NCBI GenBank assembly: GCA_015680685.1
Contig: MNCI01000752.1
Coordinates: forward strand, 1-62,567
DNA length: 62,567 nt
Reading direction: 5' to 3'
Source of the DNA: Gnetum montanum
Taxonomy: Eukaryota > Plantae > Gnetophyta
Position numbers and translations under genes: made by a program. Below the pieces are notes generated by a model. That model had not been told where the DNA came from. It saw only the letters and a program-made list of their open reading frames with translations, and searched no databases. The number at the start of each line of letters is the position of its first letter. Position 1 is the stretch's first letter. Shown here piece by piece: positions 40,600 to 52,721 of the stretch.

Positions 40600-41200
40600 T
40601 TATGGAGGTAGTGAAAATCCTAACATTGCAAATGAAGGCTAGTTAGATCAAGTTCCTAAATATGAACAATATCCCAAGATTTAAGGGGGGATACAATTCT
40701 AATCTATAGACACACCTATAAGCTTTTCAAGATGCTTGTGCTTTACAGAACATAGAGAATGAGTGGTGGAAACTCAAGCTTTTTCCAAGGACACTCTTTA
40801 AAGAAGCTGAAAGTTGGTGCCAATCCTTAGAACTAGAATTTATCTGAAGATGGAGTACCATGTTAGAATTGTTCAATGACAAATATCAAATGTACTCTAG
40901 AGTGTCTAACCTAAGAAGGAAAATTCAAGGCTAGAAACAAGGAGCACATGAACCCTTGGATGCTACCATGGGCCAATACTATTCACTCCTACGCCAATTC
41001 CTAGGCCATGATTACTCTCAAAGGAAACAGCTTTGCCACATCATAGATGGGCTTAGGGTAGAAATAAGAAGAACACTTGGGGTGTATGCCCAAGGAATAT
41101 TGTCTAAAATGAGAGCTCATCAAATCCAAAGGTTAATTGAGTAGGTAGAAAAAGAAGAAGGTGAGCTATGAAAGAGGAAAAGTGCTAAAGAATATAATAG
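40600..41200 (+). pseudogene. gag: Retrotransposon gag core, degenerate
   Basis: NIPRFKGGYNS...AFQDACALQNIENEWWKLKLFPRTLFKEAESW...KQGAHEPL. Confidence 0.8.
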
Positions 41201-42319
41201 GGACCCATCCATTAGAAAATGAGAGGTCCAATTTTGTGATGAGGAGGAATCACCACTTGATGAAGTAGTGAATAGAAAGACCTTACCCATCCAAAAATTT
41301 GTTTATGATATTTTGGCCAAGGTTGATAAGTTATGGGACTCTTTGGATGAAAATTTTCAAACCACTTTAAAGATTGCTAAAGAATCTAGAGATCAAAATA
41401 GTGATCATAATCATAGGAGGTGAAAAGAAGTTGAATGCACCTACCAAAAAGGTAAGGGCAAAGCTACTGTAGTAGAGGAAGTTTTGGAGTTTGACTTTAA
41501 TGATGAAACTGAATGTGACATCTATCAATATGAATATCCAAAGGGATGTTGCCCTGTGCTGTCACACTCACAAGAGTCTAGAGTGTATGCATTGAATCCT
41601 CGCCTAGCATGTAGGCAAGCTCCAAGATGATTTCCTTACCCTCAAGGTAGTCTAAGATAATTCCACCAACAACAATAGCCTTACTACCTAAGTGGAGCTC
41701 CTCCACAACCATACAAACAATACCAATAATGGTATCAACCAAAATCATGGAAAATGCCACCACCAAGGTAGTAGTACACTTATAGGCTACTAGATCCATA
41801 CAAGTACTATGTTCAGTAGTCCATCTTGCTTAGAAGTTCTACGAGTCATACATCATTTCAGCATCATTATTATCCTTCAAAGTACCACTGAACACATTCA
41901 CCATCTACTTCAAGGGAAAACCAATATCTATATGCTTATCATCTTCCACATCCCTCTACACCTACACCTCCACCTTCAAGTTAATTACATCTTGCTCCAT
42001 CCATGCAAGATGAAATTCCTCCATAGCCACAATAATGAAATGCTACAAGGACTATACACTCACAACTAGTTTTTCAACCAAGTGGTCTAGATAATTGATC
42101 AAGGAAATGACCTTTCTTCTAGCCAAATAGTCCTCTCTAGCCCTCACAACCTACTCTGGCTGATCACCCTACATCTCTAGCATCCTCATCCTCTACATCA
42201 AATACCTTCAAGTGCCCTTCAAACCAAGTGTCATCTAGGATCTACACTATAATGTTAACCCATGCTAATTCTAATTTGATTAAGGCTGGTAACCTTTCTA
42301 CAAAATAATCTAATCCATG

Positions 42320-44920
42320 AAGTCCACTCATCTATCTACAAATTGCTGGACATGAGCCATGCAAAGCTCTTCTTAACTCTGGTTCTAGAGTTAACTTCAT
42401 CTCCCATGATATGTATAAAGCTTGGAACCTACCACATCTTAAGAAGAGAAACATCCATTTAGAATTAGTAGATCAATTGATTACTATCCCTTTGGGATTA
42501 GTAGAGGACATTAGGACCATAGTTTGTGGGTGGTCGTATCTTGCTGATTTTCTAGTAATCAAGGTAGACAACTGTAAAAGTGACTTTCCCATCATCATGG
42601 GAAGGGCTTGGTTAAGCATGGTCGACACACAAATGGGTATAAGGGACCTATCCTTAGAAATATCCAAGGGAAAAAAGCTAGGAAAAATTGACAAGAAGCG
42701 TATTCCCTACATCGCGTACAACAATAATGGGTGCAATTATGTGTAATAGATTTGGTTAATCAAGAGCATGTATATTAAAGCATGTAATTAGTGTGCATAA
42801 TAAATTAATATTTAATAATGTCTATACATAATAGCCACAAAGCAGGAGGGCACCTAGTGGCTAATAGCTAATTAGCTAGTAGCAAAATATGCATGGAGCC
42901 AACTAAGAGTCTAACATGTGCATATGTTGAAGGCATGGAAAAAATTGAATAAGATCATTCCCAACTCTCTAATGAAGATGATGATACCTATTGGGGAGAG
43001 TTGGAGATCCCTAATCACTTCAAGCACAAGCCTTTAGAACTAAAAACTTTACTAGTTGGTATGGAGTATGTATTTTTAAAGAATGATAAACCAGTCATCA
43101 TTAATGCCAAACTTGCTCTTGAAAAAAAAAAGTTTTTAAAAGTGGTGAATAAATGGTTAACAACATTTTCTTGATCATATCTAGAGCTAAGAAGAATTGA
43201 TCTAATGATATGCCAACATCGCATCTACACTGACTCAGCCATGAAGCCTAGAAGGTAGCCGCAAAGGTTGTTGAATCCTAAATTAAAACAACTCATCAAG
43301 GAGGAGATAGAGCAACTCCTCAAGGCAAGGTTCATTTATCCAATCGCATATAGTGAGTAGGTTAGCCCACTCGTAGTAGTACTAAAGAAGGATGGAAAAT
43401 TGTGGGTTTTCATTAACTTTAGGCTATTAAATATGATAACATTTAAGGATCGTTTTGCTTTTTCATTTTTAGATCAAGTGTTAGATACTATATCTAGGCA
43501 TTGTTATTATAGTTTCTTGGATGGTTATAGTGGATATAACCAAATCCAAATCATGCTAGAAGACTAGGCCAAGACAACATTCATGAGTTCCTAGGGGACT
43601 ATTGCATACTATAAGATACCACTTGGCCTATGCATTGCCCCTACAACATTTCAACACTTAGTCCTAAGTATCTTTTAATAACAAATCGGTAGTGGTGTTG
43701 AAGTTTTCATGGATGACTTCTCCACCTACGGAGCTACATTCAAGCAAGCCTTGGACCAACTTGAGCAAGTACTGAAAAGATGTGTAAAGATAAACCTATA
43801 ACTCAACTGGCAAAAGAGCCATCTCATGATCCAAGAAGACATAGTGCTAGGGCACGGAATTTTGTAGAAAGGGATTAAGGTAGACCCAAAAAAGATAAGG
43901 GTCGTCCAAGGAATAACATGCTAACTAGAGATCATAAAAGATGTTTGATCATTCCTTGGACACACTGGTTACTACGAGTGATTTATTAAGAATTTCTCTA
44001 AAATTACAAAGCTATTGGTAGAACTTACAAATAAAGATGCACCTTTCATTTGGACCAAGGAATGTAAACATGCATTCTAATAATAAAAGGAGAAACTCAT
44101 ATAAACACCAATCCTACAAGCACCATATTGGTCCAAACCATTCCATATCATGATAGACACATCTAACTATGCTTTGGAAGTGGTTCTCATGTAGTTGAAT
44201 GATAAGAAATGTCCATATTATAGCCACTGCACGAGTGGAAGCATTGTGGGGGAACAGTTGAATTACACCACCACGGAGAAAGAATTAATGGCATTGGTGT
44301 ACATGCTAGAAAATTTTAGACATTATGTGCTAGGTTATAAGGTATTTATACATATAGACCACAGTGCAATTCATTTCCTTATGAATAAGCCAATTATGAG
44401 CCCTCATGTTATACGGTGTCTTGTGATCATCCAAGAATTCAATCTTACTAGGGTAGATTAAAAAGGGACTGAGAATGTGGTCACTAACCCCCTTTCTCAC
44501 TTAATATGGGATAACAAAGAGGAGGAGAGGTTGCTCTCTGATCTTTTTTCAGATGAACTCCTCTTTACTAGAGCAATAAGTAAACAAAAGCCTGAAAAAG
44601 CAGCATGGTATAATGGCATTCTTACATATCTTCTTACTCAAGAGATGCCACAAGACAGAAGAAAAAATTTCTTCAGTGGATCAAATACTTCATGGAAATC
44701 AATAAACAACTTTACAAGGTGTGTGTTGATGGCCTAATTCATTGGTGTGTCCCTAACGAAGATCAACTATGTGTTCTCCAAGATGCTCATGAAGGACCTT
44801 ACAGAGGCCACTATGTAGGACCATAAAAGTCCTGATGGCAAGATACTATTGGCCCATAATCTCTAGGGATATCCACTAGTTTGTCAAGTCTTGTGAATGT
44901 TTTCAATGTGATGGGTGGAT
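42320..44920 (+). pseudogene. pol: Ty3/gypsy pol: protease (~42320-42680), RT (~43190-43990), RNase H (~44090-44500), integrase Zn finger (~44750-44920)
   Basis: ALLNSGSRVN...PIIMGRAWL; FLDGYSGYNQI; VFMDDF; NYTTTEKELMA; ENVVTNPLSH; AHEGPYRGHY...SCECFQ. Confidence 0.95.
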
Positions 44921-46916
44921 TGAAACACCACAAAAATTTCAGCAACACTTCCAGAAAACTTTAGAGCCTCTGAAGCAACTTCAAACAGTCCACCATGGAG
45001 CAAGAAAGGTTCCCCTGGGGCCAACAGATCATGAAGGCAAGTCTCCATGTCAAGAACCATCAGTTTTAAGGTCAAAAAGTGAAATTTTAGCTAAGTACAT
45101 TGTGCTTACGCTATGCTTACACTGCACAACGTAAGGCCAGCGTAACCAATTTTTTTAGCCCCAGAATCAAGTCCAAACAAGCTGATTTTGGGAACCTGGA
45201 CCCTCTACGAGCATCCCTAGAGTCCCCAGAAACTCTCAACATCCAAAACCATGAAATTTGATCTCAAAAATCACCTTTTTTGGGCCATTTTCAATTTCAT
45301 ACGCTGGGGTTACAGTTTCATACGCTGCACAGCGTATGAACAACGTAACCAAGAAAAAATGGGATAAAATAGGAATTTTTAGGTAGCATCTCTAACATCT
45401 AAGCATCCCTCAGGGACAAGAAACATTTGTACATGTTCACAAGCTTCAAAACCTTCAGTTTTGGGCTTCAAATGTGCCATTTTAAACTTCTTATGCTGGG
45501 GTTATAGTTTCATACGTTGCATACCGTATGAATAGTGTAACAAACCCAGAAAAGCTTAAAATGGTAGCCAAAAGGAGTCAAAATTTGCATCCAAGCCACC
45601 CTGGAGAGTAGTTAGTAGTCAAGAAACATCAAAGAGGCATCAACATAAAAAAGGAGCTCAAAACAGGGCAGAAACACTTGGTTACGCTGGGGTTATAGTT
45701 TCATACACTGCAAAGCGTAATGCCCAGCGTAATCAACTAAAAAAGGGCCAAAAAAACATCCAAATCAGCCAAAATTTAGGACACAGAACCCTCATGATCC
45801 ATGGAATGCATATCCACTCTGAAAATGGGTCTCATAGGTCAAAAATGGGTTCAAAATGCATTGTTTTCAGGTCATACGCTATTAGTTATGCTGGCATGCT
45901 TCCAACAGCATAAACCCAACGTAAACACTTTCATACGCTAGATGTTGGATACTGGACACTAGAAACTGATGCCAGAATAGGCTGCACACACATCAGAGCT
46001 AGATCCATGCACGTTGGAGGCTTTGGAAGCCCAAAAATAGCACAGAACTGTAGATCTAGAGGCTAGACACCCAAATCCATGCTTGTACATTAACATTTGT
46101 TGCATTTTTGACATTTTTTTCAGGGTTTCAAGTTCTTACACTAGGCATTACACATGTTAGCATAAGAGATCTTGGACACTGCACTATACATTGTAATAAT
46201 TTCTGTGCATTCTAGTCAAAACAGTCACACGCATCACCTAATCTTCATTTCCCGTGCCCGATAGCCATGGATCTTCACACAGATCTGCATCCCATGCATC
46301 AAAACTGTATAAATACCCCAATTTTCCACTAGATCGAGGTTGGAAAATTTGATCATAGAGCATCCTGTACACTTTTTATGCTAAACATTCCAGGCAACAT
46401 TTCATACGTTGGACATCAGACTTGGTTATGCTGAGCAAGGGCAATCTTGGTCATGCTGCAGAACCTATAACTAGAAACCTGTATCCCCCAACATCCATTC
46501 ACATCCATCCGGGCTGACGTCTGACTAATGGTAATCCCCAACTATGTTTGATCGGTGCACATTATAATCATTTGTAATACACATTTTTTACATTTTTGTT
46601 AACCAAACTTTAGTTTTCACATTGTTTGCATCATTTACTTTGTTTTCACCATTTACCATTTACATTCGTTACACCTGTTATGCTTGTTTGCATTATATTT
46701 TTGTCATTTGCATTTTTTTACACATAACCCAGTGCCATCGCAATTGCGTATGCTTGGGGAAGTCCTTGTTTGATCTGCATGCAAACCATCCAAGGCACTC
46801 TACCTTCGTTGTTTTTCCAATAGGCCCTCAGGCGAAGGCAGGGTCTTACTGTTTCGTTTGTAGATCTCTCGACGTCCATTCATTCCAGCCTCTCACCAAA
46901 GATTTTGGATGGTATA
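44921..46916 (+). repeat. 5' LTR
   Basis: TGAAACACC...TGGTATA; ~15 mismatches to the 3' LTR over the first 120 bp (hand count). Confidence 0.92.
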
Positions 46917-46922
46917 GTAAAT

Positions 46923-46938
46923 TGATGCTAGAAGGAGG
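46923..46938 (+). promoter_or_regulatory. Primer-binding site, tRNA-Asn type
   Basis: TGATGCTAGAAGGAGG, identical to the PBS at 10677-10692(-). Confidence 0.75.
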
Positions 46939-48256
46939 ATATTTCTGTTTGCATTCAATTTTCCTGTTCACAGTGTCCCAGATCTGACATACAGCTGTTA
47001 ACAATGTCCACATGCTGAACCTTGGCAAAATAACTCCCCACAGCATCCATACACTGATCATAGCTTTTACACACTGCACTCTAGTGTACACATGCTCACA
47101 TCAGGCTTTAGACACTGCCCCCTACTCACTAACTTTGTCTACACTCTATTCTTGGCTTGCACACACTGCCCTTTGCTGGCACACACTGCAGACTCTATCT
47201 AGAACCTTCTCCATGGCATACACACACTGTGACTTAGCCTCAAACGTTGTCCATATCACTTCGATGCTGCCCCTGACTTCTTATGTTGCAGTTCATATGC
47301 TGTCAGTTTTACACTTAGAAAATTTTTTCACATGCTACCAGGTTCTTACGCTGGACACTTAGAAAATTTTTGACAACTTAAATTTCATAAACTGTAGATT
47401 TCACATGTATAGTTTTGCACATGCTACACATTGCACATGCTGCATACCATACAAACTTAACACGCTGCACATGTTGCATACTCAGCCTTGACCATACGCT
47501 GCACATGTTGCACACTTAGCCCAAAACATACTCGAAACTTGTTAGCCAACCCGTATGCTGCCCCGTCACACATCACCATGGATTCATCTCTGAACTCTAA
47601 TGCACACACCTTCATAATCCTCACACAGGAATAGTAAAACTTTATCTGTGTAAAGATTCAAGCCAACCTTCCCCTTGACACCAAAGAATAGGAGGCAAAA
47701 CAAAACTTCAAGTGCATATACATGGGAGGTCATGAATTCGTCCCCTCTGTATATGACATCATCCCCCTTTCTGAGCCTCACCACCGACTCATCTCAAAAC
47801 ACACGACGACCCACTAAGGAGCCCCAAAACCAACATGATGTAGATGACTTCAAAGCATAATTTGAACCTGAGGATTCATACCACACCCTCAGTCCCCATA
47901 CCCATGTTAGTCCATCGTTCCACTCATGCATGGGATAGAAAATTCATCTACATGTGTCAATGAGCATGCAAGCACCGGTGTCCTAACATGGACTACCCAC
48001 ATCCACCAAGTACATGCCACCAGTGAAAACACATGGGGCCACTTTCATTACATCGGCCCCACACATTTAGGGTGTCACCCCATAGTTAGTGGCTAGACAA
48101 GAAACCACACCCCTTGTTCAACAACCCACTTACTTTAGCATGCCACACCCTACAATCCCAACTCCAAACGTTGCTCCATAGCAGTAACTAACAACACAAT
48201 CTCCCCAACCAACTAATCTGCCTACTGCTCAAGAGTGGGCAGAAGCAAAATAATGG

Positions 48257-49380
48257 ATGCAAGCATTAGCTGACGAGGTAAAGCACCTCAAAACCACCAA
48301 CATTAGAGAAGTTAAAGTACTGGACTTCTACCATGATGATCCAATTAACTCTTTAGTGCCACCATTAGCTTTACCCAAGGGAATCGAACTACCCCAGTTA
48401 ACCAAGTACAATGAGAAGGAACATCTGAACACTCACTTAGTCACATTTCGATCAGAAACTCTATTACTTCAAGCTTGGCCCTACACAATCTTGCATGTGT
48501 TCGCTATGTCCTTAACGAGTGTAGCCTTAGAATGGTACTAAGCCCTGCCATGTAACTCCATATCCTCTCTTGAGGATCTGTTACACCAATTCATTACTAG
48601 GTTTAAGTACAACCTAAAGCCTGAAGCAACACTAGACACTCTGATACAGGTGAAACAAGCACCACTTGAGCCTGTGCAGAAGTTCATCCAATGATGGAGT
48701 GCACCCCTTAATGAACTTCATGAGCCCATCCCTAAAATGTATTTGCTTACAATTTTGAAGGGAGCTATGAATGACTTTGTTAAGTCAAAGCTATACTACC
48801 TAATCATTCAAATGTTGAGCCAAGCGTTCAAATAGATCAAGAACATAGAACAAGTTGCACAAACCAGCAATGATCCCACCTATGTGGCTTACAAAAATGA
48901 ACATGTTTCCAAGAAAAAGACAACATCACCAATTGTAGCCACAACCACAAAAACCACAAACACTAGTACCAACCCGACCACAATGACAACGGCCATACCA
49001 CAGTCCAACTTTCAGTGCAAGGATCGCTCTAAGTACACCCTGCTACCCATGCGACCTTCTAAACTACTAGAGAAACTCCTTAAATCTAGGAAAATTCAAT
49101 ACAAACACGTAGTGGAGAATGCTCACCACCGACACAATAGGTACTGCGAGCTACTGAGGAACCCCCCCTTAGTGGCATCAAACGAGCCCCTGGTTCCATG
49201 ACATTTCAACTTATACTAATTCTGTCACTACCAATAAATGTTTGATCACAACACCGACACCTGCCATGCATTACGGGATGATCTACAAGCAATGATAGAA
49301 TGGGGCCAACTGAACATCAACACCCTGAATCAACCTAGGATAGACGATGCCTCCTATGTCATAAACTCTATTGGCATAGA
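48257..49380 (+). pseudogene. gag: gag (Retrotrans_gag core plus Cys/His nucleocapsid-like motif), degenerate
   Basis: LPKGIELPQLTKYNEKEHLNTHL...FAMSLTSVALEWY*AL...SISSLEDL...FITRF...VKQAPLEPVQKFI; FCHYQ*MFDHNTDTCHAL. Confidence 0.9.
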
Positions 49381-50419
49381 TAGTAAGCCTAAACCTATGT
49401 GGCAACCTTTTGTGATCTGTGTGCCTTCCAACAAGCCAACAATCCCCTCTGCCTCCATGAGCAAGAGGCCTCCCATCATCATCAAGGTGCCACCTAGAGC
49501 ACTGACGACACCTTTCATGGTCAAAGTACCACCACCTCACACATCCACTAAGAAGTTAAACTAGCAAGATTCAATGCAATCCCGAGCATCGAAGACACCC
49601 TTTGTGGACAAAGAATCACCATAGTTGTTCGCTAAGATGTGAAACTGGAAGAAAGCATCATCATCTGCTAAGATGTCAAACTAAAAAGCATCCCCGTAGT
49701 TGTTCGCTAAGATGTTAAATTGGAAGGAAGCATCATCGTTCACTAAGACATTAAACTGGCAAACATCCCAAGCACCGCAGGAAACATTCACTAAGACATT
49801 AAACTAGCACGATGCACCAATGATAATAGTAAAGAAACCTTTTGTTATCAAGGTGCCACAACAAGCTAGTCAAACAACAATGACACCTCCTAAACTACCA
49901 TTTTTCATAAAGGTGCCACCATGCGATGGCCCCTCACCTACCCAAAGCCCAAACATAGGCAACATAGGTAAGCAAACCAAATGGCAATAGAAGAGGATGA
50001 ATGAACAACGAACAACAGCCACAACCGAAGCAAAGGCCACACCTAGTACATAGTAACCAAACACTAGGAGCCTTTCCCCTAATCCCAAAGAAACCAAGCC
50101 CAAGCCCTTGACCCATATAGAGGTGACCAACACAATGAAAAATAACACAGACTTTGTAGCTACACTAGCCTAGGTGAAACAAACACTCAAACAAAAGAAC
50201 ACAACCATGAGCTTGTATGACCTGGTCATGACTTCAACCACTCACCGTGAAGCCTTGGCTCAAATGTTAGCATCCATTTCTATTATAGAGGACATCCCTA
50301 CTAACATGAAATCCATCCGTGCAATGATTTCACAACACACACCACAAGGATTGGGTTCAAACACCTTAGCCTTTTGCAACGATGTAGTTAAAGTCAACCC
50401 CAAATGAGGGGAGGTCACA

Positions 50420-50800
50420 ATAGCTCCACTGTCGATTACCGTACATGTTGGATAATGTACCATTCACAGAGTGCATGTTGATGATGGCATGGAAACAAAT
50501 GTAGTTCTATACTCTATCATCAACAAACTAGGCATGGTAGACGAGATCATGCCAATAGAAATCACATGTCTAAAATCCTTCAACGGATCACGTGTCACAG
50601 TCAAGGGCATGATTAACCTAGCCTTCGTGGTAGGTAAACAATTCCCCATTAGCTTGGAGTTCACTGTCATAGAAGAGATGCCAAGTTTCAACATGATTCT
50701 TGGTAGACCTTGGCTAGCACAACAACGAGTCGTTTCCTCACCGATACATTAAGAAATCCACCTTCCATACGAAGGTGGACAAGTCACTATACATGGCAAC
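50420..50800 (+). pseudogene. Retropepsin-type aspartic protease
   Basis: RVHVDDGMETNVV...LKSFNGS...SFNMILGRPWL...SSPIH*EIHLP (Tat/Ogre style). Confidence 0.9.
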
Positions 50801-52721
50801 AACACTCCCTTTCAAGCTGACCACAATCTAGACATGTCATAGGTCTTGAAAGAGGAGCCTCTTGATGCAACACACATGGAAACAAATGTAACACCTAGAG
50901 CCAAAATGCCCGAATGAGTGGCAACCAACATAGTATTTAAAGCTAAAATTCTTGAATGAGTGGAAAAAACCATAAGCCTCCCAGTAGAGCCTAAGCCTAA
51001 AATGCTTCCAAAACCACATCTGATTAGAAGACAACCACAAGATCAAAGCGCCCCTGTAGCCAAAAATAAGCCAGATCACCGCACACTCTTCACATTCTTT
51101 CACATTGCATATGTCACGTTCATTTATATTCTACTAGCTTACGCATTCTCTCATGGCCTGAAAAGGCCTTAAACTAAACTATGGCTTGAAATGGCCTTAA
51201 ACTAGAGGATGTGGCCTGAAAAGGCCTTAAAATATCACCTTTTTGCATTTTTTTCTATTTACTTGTGCATTTTAGTTCATCTTTTCTACAATTTCTATTT
51301 AACATTGTTTTCTCTAGTTGCTTTTGTTTATAGGATCATACAGATGCACACGCATGCATCCACACCGAAAGTCCTAGCATCATAACTTAAAAATGATACC
51401 ACACACCATCCTAGGTTATGATGATAAACTAACACCACACAACACTCATCCAAAATGACAGTATACTAGCACTCATCCAGCATGACATTAAACTGCCACA
51501 TTCTTCTACCAGAGTCTACTAAGACTATAAACTAGCTTGCCTCTTCACAGTCCACCACGACTGTAAACTAGCATTGCACCATCTACTACGATGCTAAATT
51601 GGCAACGTCCAATGGGTTATGATGTAAAACTAACCCACGACAGTCCGCTAACACTATAAATTGGTAAAATCTTCACTAGCCTACAGATCTATTGCTGCAT
51701 TCGACCGCCTATGCTCATCAAAGCCTGCTACACGAAATTGATGCTTTTCAACACTCTATTTTCCTGAAACTCCATTCCGCCAATTGCATTTAGGTCTGAA
51801 GTATTTCAGCTAACATCACTTATTCTTTTCTTGTCCTCCTAGAGTTGTGTCTGTAGGATGACACTTTGAGAGGTTCGCACACAGATGCATTTCATCACAA
51901 TGACAAGGCACCACATTGTTCCTGATGCCCACATTCGGGTTCATCAAACCATTCACAAGTACATTTCCTCACTCCCAATACATCCCTTAGTTACACCCCC
52001 TAATACATCCCATTCATTCCCAAAATTCTAGATGCGTTGTTGCTCACTGTAACTCTTTAACCAGTGGAAACACAAAACGATGCACAGCACATGACACAAG
52101 CATGAGTACAAAACTGACAGCAAGCTCTTTCGAAAAAAAAGAGAGACAAACATAAAAATAAAAATAAAAAATAAAAAAAGAGCAAAAAAGAGCAAAAAAC
52201 AAAAAGAGCAAAATGCATCACAATGTCGTTGGCTCTTCCCACACATGCCCCAGGCAGGGAGGTAATTATCTTAAAGGAAACACTCATGTCTCAAATGCTC
52301 ATGTTGCATCTCACTGCATGGCTTTGGCAGTCACCAACGACTTCCATTAAACATAGCACACGGGTCTCGTTTCTCCAAAGGATGCACTTCCTCATTGCAT
52401 GGCTTTGGCAGTTCATAACAAGTTCCCTTAAAGATAGCACAAGGGTCCTATTTCTCCAAAGAACGCACTCCCCATGCCTTGGTTCCAAGTCTGCTAGAAA
52501 CTAGCTATTGACAAGGACCAACATGACTCGTTCACATGAGAGCACCCCTCTCTGCATTCCCCCTCCTAGTCACAATCCCATGTACTTTGGAAACATGGTG
52601 TGATGAAATTTGGCCAATGGCCAAAAAATAGTGTTGGATGCCAAGTTGATTGTGGTATTTTGTACTTCTTTTTCGATGCCTCTCGAGTAGATTCCTCTAG
52701 GTGTCAACAAAGAGGGGCCAA

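Larger units (their letters stand above)
38719..44920 (+). mobile_element. Athila family 1 copy B: 5' LTR, PBS, gag, PR, RT, RNaseH and start of integrase
   Basis: LTR with a perfect 8-bp TIR TGATGAGT/ACTCATCA. PBS TGGCATCATTGCCAGGGA (tRNA-Asp type). Full gypsy domain order up to the integrase HHCC. Confidence 0.95.

Noticed and set aside
46622-47362. ORFs in the LTR and leader (also 52028-52504, 53193-54769, 34494-34838)
   Set aside because: Chance ORFs in non-coding element parts; frames are not conserved between the LTR copies.
49560-51670. CRISPR array interpretation of the repeat-spacer clusters (and of the 192-bp LTR modules)
   Set aside because: The repeats are degenerate, spacer lengths are irregular or too long, there are no cas genes, and the context is a eukaryotic retroelement.
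52310-52471. 81-bp two-copy tandem repeat (also a 33-bp duplication at ~56418-56482 and an AAC/AAT microsatellite at ~12447-12489)
   Set aside because: Ordinary local duplications with no sign of function.
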